Under the pieces are notes generated by a model. It saw nothing but the letters and a program-made list of their open reading frames with translations. It was not told the origin of the DNA and searched no databases. DNA of 32,000 bases from Candidatus Omnitrophota bacterium (GTDB lineage: Bacteria > Omnitrophota > Gorgyraeia > Duberdicusellales > 4484-171): the NCBI GenBank assembly GCA_021735045.1, contig JAIPHU010000005.1:1-32000 (forward strand), read 5' to 3'. How positions within the stretch are numbered: the stretch's first letter is position 1; every line of letters begins with the position of its first letter. The translations under genes and the position numbers were made by a program. Positions 8,188-17,518 of this stretch are shown piece by piece.

Positions 8188-9297
8188 ATGAAAATATTAC
8201 GTACCTACATTTTAAAAGAATTTTTAACAGTTTTTGGTTTTTCATTTTTAATAATAAATATCTTTTTTCTCGGCGGAAGTTTATATAAGATATCTGACAT
8301 GATAATCAGCAAAGGCATTCCGGTTATGTCTGCCCTCAAGGTCTTTTATTTTATAGCCCCTAGAATCTCAGAGTACACTATACCGCTAGCTTTTTTGTTT
8401 GCACTTTTATTAACTCTAGGAAGACTGGTCGTAGATAATGAATTAGTAGCTATCCAAAGTTCTGGAATCTCATTAATAAAAATTTTCTCAACCTTTCTTT
8501 TGATTGGCTTAATTTTTTCTCTGTTTTTACTTTTCTTAAAAAGCAAGGTTATCCCCGATACCAACTACCGTTATCACACTCAGCTAAAAAGCACCTATTC
8601 TAAAAATTTACCGGCTTTAATCGAGCCCGGAGTTTTTCTGGATGAATTTAAAAATCATATTCTTTATGTCACAGATAAAAGTAACCAAGATTTAAAGAAT
8701 GTCTACATCTACAAAACAGATAAAAAAGAAGATATAACCGAAATCACCTTTGCAAAAAGGGGCAAATTTGTCATAGACAAAAATACTTTAAAAATAAAGC
8801 TTGAGCAAGGTTTTCGAGATATCACAAACCCCGATAATGAAACTGGGCCTTATCGCCTAAATTTTAAAAGATTTTTTATGGATCTACCTATGCAGAAGAA
8901 AAAAGAAAAGATAATCAAGAAAAAGACTAAGGATATGCGCCTCGAAGAATTAAAGCAAAAAATAAATGATTTTGAGAAAAAAACTCAGGGAAAAACAGAA
9001 ACAACTATGCCAACAGAGTTCTTAGCAGAATTCCATCGAAGAATAAGCTTTTCTTTTGCCCCAATTGCATTTGCAATTTTAGGCTTTGGAATTTCAATGA
9101 CTATAAAACACCGAGAAAAATCAATAAATTTCATAATTGCAGCTGTCACAGCAGGTATATACTATCTTCTTTTTCTTCTTGGTGAAACCCTAGCTGAATA
9201 CCATATGTTGCCTCCTCCTCTAGCTATGTGGTTACCTAATATAGCAATAACCTTAGTAGGTATTTTCCTTTTTTACCGATATGCGAATTTTAGATAA
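8188..9297 (+). CDS. lptF: LPS export ABC permease, YjgP/YjgQ family (LptF-like)
   Basis: The family N-terminus MKILRTYILKEF is typical. It has three TM helices, a large periplasmic domain, then three TM helices, and is paired with a second paralogue. Confidence 0.8.
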   Translation: MKILRTYILKEFLTVFGFSFLIINIFFLGGSLYKISDMIISKGIPVMSALKVFYFIAPRISEYTIPLAFLFALLLTLGRLVVDNELVAIQSSGISLIKIFSTFLLIGLIFSLFLLFLKSKVIPDTNYRYHTQLKSTYSKNLPALIEPGVFLDEFKNHILYVTDKSNQDLKNVYIYKTDKKEDITEITFAKRGKFVIDKNTLKIKLEQGFRDITNPDNETGPYRLNFKRFFMDLPMQKKKEKIIKKKTKDMRLEELKQKINDFEKKTQGKTETTMPTEFLAEFHRRISFSFAPIAFAILGFGISMTIKHREKSINFIIAAVTAGIYYLLFLLGETLAEYHMLPPPLAMWLPNIAITLVGIFLFYRYANFR

Positions 9298-10366
9298 GTA
9301 TATTTTAAAAAACATTACACTTTCTTACTTGTTTATATTGCTCTTATTTACTGGTCTGTACTTGTTGATAGATATATTTTCTTCTTTTTCTGATATTTTA
9401 AAAAATAAACCCTCACTAATTATTATTGCTAAATACTATCTTTTTCACCTGCCTCTTATAATTAGAAGAATAAGTCCTTCTGCTCTGTTGTTGGGCGTTC
9501 TATATACCTACAGCAATTTAGGCAAAAACAATGAACTGATAAGTATCCGTACCTCTGGCATAAGCAGTCTAAGAGTAGCTTATCCGGCTATCTTTTTAGC
9601 AATTTTTATCTCCTGCTCTGTCTTCTTTCTTCAAGAAAAATTACTTATACAATCACAGTCCCAAGCCGAAAATATCAAAAATCAATACATTGAAAAAGAA
9701 ATTAAAGAATCAGAAATAAGAAATTTAGCTTTTAATACATCTGATTCTATATTCTTTATTGAAACATTTTTACCTAAAGAAAAAAAATTAGAAAATGTTA
9801 CTATTATTAAACAAAATGCAAAAGGTAATTTTTTGAAAAAAATCTACTGTAGGATGATAAAATACGAAAAAGATAAATGGATAGGATACAACTTAATAGA
9901 ATATAACCAAGAGGATACAGGAAGAATTAAAGAAGCTCCTAGAAACATATCAAGAAAAACTATTGATCTACCAAAAAAACCAAATGAACTTGCATTTGAA
10001 AAAAGTATGTTTGTTGAATTTACTCCACTTATAAAACTTAAAAAACAAATTAACGATTTAAAAAAGGTCGCTATTGGTAAGCGACTGCGAAAAGTAAAAA
10101 TTGAATTTTATAAAAAAATCGCACTCCCTTTTTCTCATCTTTTTCTAATCATAGGAGTGTTACCAATAGCTTTGGAAATAAAAAAGAAAAAAGCTACTTT
10201 TGCAGCTATTGGTATTGGGTTTTTATTTTCTTTTCTTTATACCACAATGGATTCAATGAGTATTGCTTTGGGTAAATCTGGAATAATTTTACCATTTTTT
10301 TCTGCTTGGCTAGCTCCACTTTTTTTCTTAAGTATTGGAATAACTGGCTTGATTTTAATTCGCTAG
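9281..10366 (+). CDS. lptG: LPS export ABC permease, YjgP/YjgQ family (LptG-like)
   Basis: N-terminus ILDKYILKN..., same topology as lptF. It overlaps lptF by 17 nt. Confidence 0.8.
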   Translation: MRILDKYILKNITLSYLFILLLFTGLYLLIDIFSSFSDILKNKPSLIIIAKYYLFHLPLIIRRISPSALLLGVLYTYSNLGKNNELISIRTSGISSLRVAYPAIFLAIFISCSVFFLQEKLLIQSQSQAENIKNQYIEKEIKESEIRNLAFNTSDSIFFIETFLPKEKKLENVTIIKQNAKGNFLKKIYCRMIKYEKDKWIGYNLIEYNQEDTGRIKEAPRNISRKTIDLPKKPNELAFEKSMFVEFTPLIKLKKQINDLKKVAIGKRLRKVKIEFYKKIALPFSHLFLIIGVLPIALEIKKKKATFAAIGIGFLFSFLYTTMDSMSIALGKSGIILPFFSAWLAPLFFLSIGITGLILIR

Positions 10367-10367
10367 G

Positions 10368-11477
10368 TTAACTACCTAGATAATGGCGTGGTATTTCAGC
10401 AGATATGCGGGTTACAATTTCATAGGGAATGGTTTGGGCCCACTTGGCAACCTTTTCTGCTTTTATTTCCTCTTTCTTATCTTTTCCAATTAAGGTCACC
10501 ACATCTCCTTTCTTAATTTCTTTATCACTTCCTAAATCTACCATGATATGGTCCATGCAAACCCGGCCGGCAATGTTAAATATTTTTCCCCTAATCAAAA
10601 CTTGAGCACAATTCGATAAAGCCCAAGGATAACCATCAGCATAGCCCACAGAAACGGTGGCAATTCTTGTTTTTCCTTTAGTAACAAAATCACTCCCATA
10701 ACCTACGGTTTTGCCAGGAGGAACTTCTTTTATAAAAATAATTCTGGATTTAAAGCTTAAAACCGGCTTTACTTCTATCGCTAAATTAGAAGAAGGTTTT
10801 ATCCCGTAAAGGATAAGCCCCGGCCTTACCATATTAAGATAAGAATCAGGATAGTTGACTACACCTAAACTATTTGCACTATGATAATATTTAAAATCTA
10901 TATTTTTTTCTTTTAGTTCTTTAATTAAATTTTGAAAAATATTTAATTGTTGAACGGTAAATTTCGAGTTTGTATCAGCTACAGGAAAATGAGTATAAAT
11001 ACCTTCTAAAGAAATAAACTCCAAACCTTTTATCTTTTCTAAAAAAGAATACGTTTGATCAGGATAGAAACCTAGGCGCCCCATTCCTGTATCTACTTTT
11101 ATATGAATAGGAATAGTTTTATTAATTTTTTTAGCTTGATAATTTAACTCTTGAGCAAAACTTTGTTCTGCAACAGTAGGGGTTATGCCAAAACGAATAA
11201 AAAAAGGAGCTAATTCCTTAGAAACAATACTAAGTAAAATGATTTGGCCTCGATAACCGTCTTCTCTCAACTGTATTGCTTCATTGATGCTAGCTACTCC
11301 GAAACAATCTATGCCACCTTGATAAAGTTTTCGGGCTACAGGAATAAGCCCATGTCCATATGCAGATTGTTTTAAAATAGCAGCAATTCTTACCGAATCC
11401 CCTACAAGCTCTCTAACTTTTTTAAGATTTTCAGAAAGTGCTTCTAAATCAATATCAACCCAAACTTGCCGCTTCAT
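10368..11477 (-). CDS. alr: Alanine racemase
   Basis: PLP-lysine motif AAILKQSAYGHG, plus VGYADGY and GRVCMDHIMVD motifs. Confidence 0.92.
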   Translation of the reverse strand: MKRQVWVDIDLEALSENLKKVRELVGDSVRIAAILKQSAYGHGLIPVARKLYQGGIDCFGVASINEAIQLREDGYRGQIILLSIVSKELAPFFIRFGITPTVAEQSFAQELNYQAKKINKTIPIHIKVDTGMGRLGFYPDQTYSFLEKIKGLEFISLEGIYTHFPVADTNSKFTVQQLNIFQNLIKELKEKNIDFKYYHSANSLGVVNYPDSYLNMVRPGLILYGIKPSSNLAIEVKPVLSFKSRIIFIKEVPPGKTVGYGSDFVTKGKTRIATVSVGYADGYPWALSNCAQVLIRGKIFNIAGRVCMDHIMVDLGSDKEIKKGDVVTLIGKDKKEEIKAEKVAKWAQTIPYEIVTRISAEIPRHYLGS

Positions 11478-11486
11478 ATTTTTTAC

Positions 11487-12143
11487 CTACTTTTTTGTCA
11501 CCTGGCAATCTATCGAATGCAGGTACAATGGTTTTAGTTTGCTTAAACTATAGTTTATTTTACCAAAATTATTGCCTTCAACAAAATATTTAGCTCGCGG
11601 ATATGCATTTTTTTGGCTAAACATAATATCCTTTTTTAGCGTTTGAGCTTTTTCTCTTAGGCATGAATCATAAGTTAAAAACAAGTGGCCCTTACCTTTT
11701 TCTAAACAATCTTTTAGTTTCATAAGCTTAGGCTTAGATTTTTGTTTTAGCTGCTTTTGATTTGAGCTAAAAAAACTAGCATAAACAAGATCCTTTTTAG
11801 CATCAGCAACAACCGCAATTTTTTTAGCTTCTTTCCGAAAAGGATAAGCACAGGCAAAAAAACTATTTTGGCAAAAAACAGGCTTCTTTGCAGCCAGAGC
11901 AAAGGCTTTAACTATGGCAAAAGAAATACGTAAACCAGTAAAAGACCCAGGGCCTGACCCAATCACAAAAAGATCAAAATCTTCTACTTGCATGGCTCTT
12001 TGTTTAAAGCTTTTTTCTAACTTATTAATAAGTAACGATGAGCCTTTATCAATAATTCGATTGTACTGATAAATAAGATTGTTATTTTTTGTAATACTAT
12101 AAGATAAAAGATTTGATGATGTATCTACCGCTAATATATTCAT
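11487..12143 (-). CDS. tsaB: tRNA t6A37 biosynthesis protein TsaB
   Basis: ILAVDTSS... and GPGSFTGLRI motifs, and adjacency to tsaE. Confidence 0.85.
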   Translation of the reverse strand: MNILAVDTSSNLLSYSITKNNNLIYQYNRIIDKGSSLLINKLEKSFKQRAMQVEDFDLFVIGSGPGSFTGLRISFAIVKAFALAAKKPVFCQNSFFACAYPFRKEAKKIAVVADAKKDLVYASFFSSNQKQLKQKSKPKLMKLKDCLEKGKGHLFLTYDSCLREKAQTLKKDIMFSQKNAYPRAKYFVEGNNFGKINYSLSKLKPLYLHSIDCQVTKK

Positions 12144-12144
12144 A

Positions 12145-12594
12145 TTATTTTACAAAACCTTTTAACCTGTTTTTATTATAACCTTTTTGTGAAAATGATA
12201 GTTCTCTCTTTTCCATCTCTAAGAATGAAAACTTTACGATTAAATATTTATCTAGATAAGATTCTAATTTTTGGCCCCATTCAACAATAGATATAGTGTT
12301 TTTATTATATAAATATTCTTGCATATCTATAGAACCTAAACTCTTTTTATCCAGCCGGTATAAATCTATGTGGTTAATGGTTAATTTACTAACTTTATAC
12401 CTTCTTACCAAGGTATAAGAAGGGCTTAAAACCTTTCCTTTATAACCTAACCCTCTAGCTACACCTTTTACAAATGTAGTCTTTCCGCCGCCCAACTCCC
12501 CTTCTAATAATACAATATCTTGTTTTTTTAGTATTTTGGAAAAATTACGGCCTAGGGATTTTGTTTCAAAACTAGATTTAGAATTTATTTTCAT
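12145..12594 (-). CDS. tsaE: tRNA t6A37 biosynthesis ATPase TsaE
   Basis: Walker A GELGGGKTTFVKG, SPSYTLV and HIDLYRL motifs. Confidence 0.9.
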   Translation of the reverse strand: MKINSKSSFETKSLGRNFSKILKKQDIVLLEGELGGGKTTFVKGVARGLGYKGKVLSPSYTLVRRYKVSKLTINHIDLYRLDKKSLGSIDMQEYLYNKNTISIVEWGQKLESYLDKYLIVKFSFLEMEKRELSFSQKGYNKNRLKGFVK

Positions 12595-13622
12595 TTAATT
12601 AACTTTTCAATGTTTTTCTTATAAGGTGGATAAACTATCCCTCTATCGGTTACTATTGCTTTAATAAATTTAGAAGGTGTTATATCAAAAGCAAAATTAA
12701 CTGCTTTAGTTTCCCGAGGACAGATCAGGGTTTGGCCTAATATTTCTTTTACTTCTTTTTGGTCTCTTTGTTCGATAGCTATATCTTTTCCTTTTTTTAA
12801 GTTTAGATCAAAGGTGCTCAAGGGAGCTACAACGTAAAAAGGAATCTTATGGTATTTAGCTAAAACAGCCAAACTATAAGTTCCAATCTTATTGGCTGTA
12901 TCCCCTAAAGCGGTTATCCTGTCAGCTCCGAGAAAAATCTTATCGATCATCTTATTTTGCATTAAATATGCGGCAGAACTATCGGTAATTAAAAAAGAGT
13001 TTACTTTCTTTTTCTTTAACTCCCAGGCAGTCAAACGCGCCCCCTGCAAAAGAGGCCGAGTCTCATCAACATAAACTGTTGGGTTTTTTCCTTGTTTCTT
13101 TGCCTGAAAAATCACCCCTAAAGCTGTTCCTTGCCCAGAAGTGGCTAAAAATCCAGTATTACAATGGGTTAAAATACTCTCATTGTTTTTTATCAAAGTT
13201 GCACCATAATTAGAAAGTTGACTGCAGGTTTCTATATCCTGACGATGGATATCCTTAGCTTCTTTAACTATATCCTTTTTTATTTGTTTAACTGTTTTTT
13301 GTTCATTTTCTAAACTAACTTTAGCTAATCTGTCCAAAGCCCAAAATAAATTTACCGCCGTAGGCCGGGATGACTTAAGATAGTCAAAAGACTGCTTTAG
13401 CTGTTTAAAAAAAATACTTTTGGTTTTAGAAAGTTTATCTAGATGTATGCAGATACAATAAGCAGCAAAAACTCCAATCAATGGAGCTCCTCTGACTTTT
13501 AGGTCTTTTATCGCTTTCCAACCAGATTTAATTGTCCGGCAGCTCCGCCAAACTTCTTTTTTGGGAAGTTTTGTCTGATCAAGATAAAATAACTTATTAT
13601 TTGTGAATTTTACTGAATGCAT
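12591..13622 (-). CDS. mtnA: eIF-2B alpha/beta/delta-family isomerase, MtnA-like (S-methyl-5-thioribose-1-phosphate isomerase)
   Basis: RGAPLIG, TAVNLFWAL, THCNTGFLATSGQGTALGVI and GADRI..LGDTANKIGTY motifs. It overlaps tsaE by 4 nt (ATGA). Confidence 0.8.
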   Translation of the reverse strand: MHSVKFTNNKLFYLDQTKLPKKEVWRSCRTIKSGWKAIKDLKVRGAPLIGVFAAYCICIHLDKLSKTKSIFFKQLKQSFDYLKSSRPTAVNLFWALDRLAKVSLENEQKTVKQIKKDIVKEAKDIHRQDIETCSQLSNYGATLIKNNESILTHCNTGFLATSGQGTALGVIFQAKKQGKNPTVYVDETRPLLQGARLTAWELKKKKVNSFLITDSSAAYLMQNKMIDKIFLGADRITALGDTANKIGTYSLAVLAKYHKIPFYVVAPLSTFDLNLKKGKDIAIEQRDQKEVKEILGQTLICPRETKAVNFAFDITPSKFIKAIVTDRGIVYPPYKKNIEKLIK

Positions 13623-13623
13623 T

Positions 13624-14412
13624 TTATCTTATTTTTTTAAATATTTTTTTTGCATTAGAAAAAACCTTGTCTTCCAGATCCTTTTGAGAGATATCTTTTA
13701 ACTCTGATACATAAGAATAAACCGATTTTATATCTTGCGGGCTAGATAATTCTCCTTTAATTCGCATATAAGGAGAGTCAGTTTCTAAAAGCAACTTCTC
13801 AAGAGGGCACTTTTTTAACGAGTTAATAATTTTTTTGTTTTTTCGCAATAGATTAAGTGAAAAAGAAACAAACCCACCTTTATCAACTATCTGTTGCAAA
13901 AAATCAGGAGAATAAGAAAAACAATGAAAGACTATATTTTGATAATTTGAAAAAAATTGATCTAAGGCAGCTAAAATCCTAGGACGGTCTGGATATTTAC
14001 CACTATACCAGTTATCTTTGTCTAGGCGATTGTGAATTAAGACAACTATATTATTCTCTTTTGCTAGTTTCAACCATTTTTTAAATATATTCTCTTGCTT
14101 ACTAAGTGAAGTTTTTGCTTTATAGTCTAGGCCGATTTCTCCTAAAGCAACAATTTTGTTATTAGTTTGCAAGAGAGTTCTATATTCTTGATAAATTTGA
14201 TCCGAAAAATCATTATAAGAAAAGGGGTGAAATCCTAATGAACTATATACAAAAGGATATTTTTTTGAAAGTTGAATGGTTTTCTGGCTAGTTTTAAGGT
14301 CTATACTTGAATCAATAAGTTTATTTCCACAAACTTTAAACCAATCAACAGTCTTTAGGCTAATATCGTCGGATAATGAATTTAGATGACAATGCGAATC
14401 AACTAACATCAA
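13624..14412 (-). CDS. tatD: TatD-family metal-dependent hydrolase
   Basis: The N-terminal DSHCHL motif and the ETDSPY motif are typical of TatD/YabD. Confidence 0.85.
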   Translation of the reverse strand: MMLVDSHCHLNSLSDDISLKTVDWFKVCGNKLIDSSIDLKTSQKTIQLSKKYPFVYSSLGFHPFSYNDFSDQIYQEYRTLLQTNNKIVALGEIGLDYKAKTSLSKQENIFKKWLKLAKENNIVVLIHNRLDKDNWYSGKYPDRPRILAALDQFFSNYQNIVFHCFSYSPDFLQQIVDKGGFVSFSLNLLRKNKKIINSLKKCPLEKLLLETDSPYMRIKGELSSPQDIKSVYSYVSELKDISQKDLEDKVFSNAKKIFKKIR

Positions 14413-15952
14413 TTCTAGGAAAAAGTGGTTTTTCTTTTTTTATTAAAAAAACATCTAAACTGCCCCATTTAGCCTCCTGAGTAGAAAATGAGGCATCTTC
14501 TATGCCTAATTGTTTTTGAATAGAAAGAGAAGTTTCTGGCATAATCGGATAAAGATATATGGAAACAATTCTTATTCCTTCACAAATTGCATAAAGAAAT
14601 GAAAATAGTTCTTTTTCTTTGGCTTCTTTTTTTAAATTCCATGGCTTGGTATCTTCGATATATTTATTAGTTAGGCTGACTAACGCAAAAAGATCATCTA
14701 AAGCCTTCCAAAATTCACCTCTACTCATAAAGCTATCATAATCTTTTTCTAATTTAACAATAGTTTCTTTAAACTCAGAAGGTATATCTTCTCTAACAGC
14801 TTCAACCTTCCCTCCGCTATATTTTTGAGCCATATTAATGCTCCGATAAACAAGATTACCTAAATCATTGGCAAGATCAGAATTAATACGGCTTATCAAA
14901 GCTTTAAATGAAAAATTTCCATCGGCTCCTATAGGAATCTCGCGCATTAAAAAATAGCGAAAAGCATCAGCAGCTAAAGCTTGATTCCCAGCCAACAGAT
15001 CAGTTAATTGATCTATCAATTCAAAAGGATTTACGATATTTCCTTTCGACTTAGATATCTTTTCTTTTTTTATTTTCCACCAGCCATGAGCAAAAATACA
15101 GTTAGGAATCTTAAGGTCTAGAGCCTTTAACATAATTGGCCAAAAAATTGCATGGTGCCTTAAAATATCTTTTCCGATAAAATGAATATCAGCAGGCCAA
15201 AAAGTATTAAACTTTTCTTGATCAAACCCATATCCTATTGCACTAATATAGTTAATTAAAGCATCAAACCAGACATAGACAATATATTTTTGATCTATGG
15301 GAAAATCTATCCCCCAAGAAATTCTTTTTTTAGGCCGGGAGATACAAAGATCAGTTAAAGGATGGTTGTCTAGAAAGCCTTTTACTTCATTATAGCGAAT
15401 CTTGGGCCGAATTAATTCAGGGTTATCCTCTAAATACTGCTTGAACCAAGATTCATACTTAGATAATTTAAAGAAATAGTTTTCTTCTTGAATCTTTTCA
15501 GTTTTACGCCCGCACTCAGGGCACTTATTACCATCTTTAAGCTGTAACTTAGTCCAAAAAGTCTCACAACCAATACAATAAAAAGCGTTATACTTTGACT
15601 TATAGATATCTCCTTTTTTATAAAGTTTTTCTATAACTTTTTTTACAACGTTAATATGGCCTTTCCAGCTAGTACGAACAAAAAAATCATAAGATATATT
15701 CAGTTTCGGCCATAACTGTTTAAAAATATCCACTTTATTATCAATAAAATCTTTAGTAGTAATTCCCTCTGCATTGGCAGCTTTTTGAATTTTTTCTCCA
15801 TGCTCGTCGGTACCGGTGAGAAAAAATACATTTTCACCTCTTATCCTTCTAAACCGCGCCATACAATCACAAATAATATTTGTGTAAGCATGGCCAATAT
15901 GAGGACTAGCATTTACATAATAAATGGGTGATGTCAAATAAAACTTTTTCAT
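14399..15952 (-). CDS. metG: Methionyl-tRNA synthetase (short form without the C-terminal tRNA-binding domain)
   Basis: HIGHAY (HIGH), KISKSKGN (KMSKS) and the Zn knuckles CIGCE...CPECG. Confidence 0.95.
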   Translation of the reverse strand: MKKFYLTSPIYYVNASPHIGHAYTNIICDCMARFRRIRGENVFFLTGTDEHGEKIQKAANAEGITTKDFIDNKVDIFKQLWPKLNISYDFFVRTSWKGHINVVKKVIEKLYKKGDIYKSKYNAFYCIGCETFWTKLQLKDGNKCPECGRKTEKIQEENYFFKLSKYESWFKQYLEDNPELIRPKIRYNEVKGFLDNHPLTDLCISRPKKRISWGIDFPIDQKYIVYVWFDALINYISAIGYGFDQEKFNTFWPADIHFIGKDILRHHAIFWPIMLKALDLKIPNCIFAHGWWKIKKEKISKSKGNIVNPFELIDQLTDLLAGNQALAADAFRYFLMREIPIGADGNFSFKALISRINSDLANDLGNLVYRSINMAQKYSGGKVEAVREDIPSEFKETIVKLEKDYDSFMSRGEFWKALDDLFALVSLTNKYIEDTKPWNLKKEAKEKELFSFLYAICEGIRIVSIYLYPIMPETSLSIQKQLGIEDASFSTQEAKWGSLDVFLIKKEKPLFPRIDVS

Positions 15953-15953
15953 T

Positions 15954-16733
15954 TTAAAGCTGTACCTTTTCTACTCTATTATCTTCCAGTTCTACATAAA
16001 TAATTTTTTTTAGCACATTAACTGAAACCACTTTACCTTTACCTTGTTTAGTATTTATTTTTTGGCCTTCTTTAGGCAAATTTTTTGATAAATCTTTATA
16101 TATTTTATGTTCATAAGAAAGACAACACATAAGCCTCCCACATATCCCAGATATTTTACCCGAACCTAAAGGAAGTTTTTGAAGCTTTGCCATCTTCATG
16201 GTGACTGGTTCAAAGTTTTTTAAAAAACGGCAGCAACACAGTTGTTGACCGCAAGGACCAAATCCACCAAACAGCTTAGCCTCATCTCGGGCTCCAATTT
16301 GGCGCATCTCAATTCTTACCTTAAAAACCTTAGCCAATTCCTTAACTAATTCTCGAAAGTCAACTCTTTTGTCTGAAATAAAATAAAAAATAAGTTTTTT
16401 CCTGTCAAATGAATATTCTGTATCCACCAACTTCATAGCTAAATTGTAATCTTTTATTTTTCGTTGACAAAGCTTCATCGCATCGCGAGCTTCTTTTTGA
16501 TTAGTCTTAAGCGATCTCTTGTCTTGTTCGGACATTTTCCTGACAATACTTTTATAGCTGGCGGCCTTTTTTGAAGGAAAAAAATGCTGGGTATCATTTA
16601 TCTCCAGCACCTCTCCATAATCACTACCCCGGTCAGCCTCTACCACAACATAGTCATGGACATTTAAAGATAAATCTGTCTTATAAGTAGTTAACTGCCC
16701 TGCTTCTCTTAACCTTACCAATACTAGTTGCAT
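15954..16733 (-). CDS. ricT: PSP1-domain protein (RicT/YaaT family)
   Basis: PSP1 C-terminal domain with Cys clusters CGQQLCCCRFL and GICGRLMCCLSYE. It sits in the conserved holB-yaaT-metG neighbourhood. Confidence 0.85.
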   Translation of the reverse strand: MQLVLVRLREAGQLTTYKTDLSLNVHDYVVVEADRGSDYGEVLEINDTQHFFPSKKAASYKSIVRKMSEQDKRSLKTNQKEARDAMKLCQRKIKDYNLAMKLVDTEYSFDRKKLIFYFISDKRVDFRELVKELAKVFKVRIEMRQIGARDEAKLFGGFGPCGQQLCCCRFLKNFEPVTMKMAKLQKLPLGSGKISGICGRLMCCLSYEHKIYKDLSKNLPKEGQKINTKQGKGKVVSVNVLKKIIYVELEDNRVEKVQL

Positions 16734-17494
16734 CTTAACCTCATTTTAATTAAATTTAGGGCTAGATTTGTATTAACGTTACCAGCAGCATTATAAACTT
16801 TAAATAAATCTTCTAAAGCAACAATAGTTTCTTCAAAATTTAAATCTAATGATAAACTATCGTCCGGCTGATTATCACTATAGCCCATATTGTTTTTTAA
16901 TTGATTATGTAATAATATAATAAGACTTTCTATAAATAAAGAAAAATCTTTTCTTTTCTTTGAACCAAAATATCCAGTTCTTAATAAATCTTTTACTTCA
17001 TCCCTAGACTTACCTAATTTGCCTTTAGAATAAGGTAGATAGATTTTACGGCAACGAGAAATGATTGTCGGCAAGATATCTTCTAACTTAGGGCAAATAA
17101 GGCCAATAAAAGAATTATTTGGCGGTTCTTCTAAAGTCTTTAAAAACAAATTAGCAGCCTGATCAGTTAATTTCTGAGAATCTTTTATAATTAAACTTTT
17201 TTTTGGTGAATAATAGCTCTTACGAGATAAAAAATGAACTGCTTCTCTTAGTTGATTAATTTTTATACTGGTTTGATCTGGTTTAACGATTAATAGATCC
17301 GGATGGTGAAGATCTTCGATCCTTTTGCAGCTCCAACACTGATTGCAAAACCGACTGCTATCGGTGCAATTTATTAATTTCAACAACCGATTAATAATTG
17401 AAAAATTATTGCCAATAAAAATATAGGAAGACCCTATTATCTTTTTGGACTTCAAAATAGTAAAATAATTAATAATTTTTTCTTCTGGTTTCAT
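16724..17494 (-). CDS. holB: DNA polymerase III delta-prime subunit
   Basis: Zn module CNQCWSCKRIEDLHHPDL, LLKTLEEPP and SRC motifs. Rather short at 256 aa. Confidence 0.8.
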   Translation of the reverse strand: MKPEEKIINYFTILKSKKIIGSSYIFIGNNFSIINRLLKLINCTDSSRFCNQCWSCKRIEDLHHPDLLIVKPDQTSIKINQLREAVHFLSRKSYYSPKKSLIIKDSQKLTDQAANLFLKTLEEPPNNSFIGLICPKLEDILPTIISRCRKIYLPYSKGKLGKSRDEVKDLLRTGYFGSKKRKDFSLFIESLIILLHNQLKNNMGYSDNQPDDSLSLDLNFEETIVALEDLFKVYNAAGNVNTNLALNLIKMRLRCN

Positions 17495-17518
17495 ATTAAA
17501 AGGTAGGGAGCAGGTTAA

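Noticed and set aside
15954-17494. The holB-ricT(PSP1)-metG-tatD gene order, considered as a possible unusual association.
   Set aside because: As I recall, this synteny is widespread across bacterial phyla. It is ordinary conserved housekeeping context.
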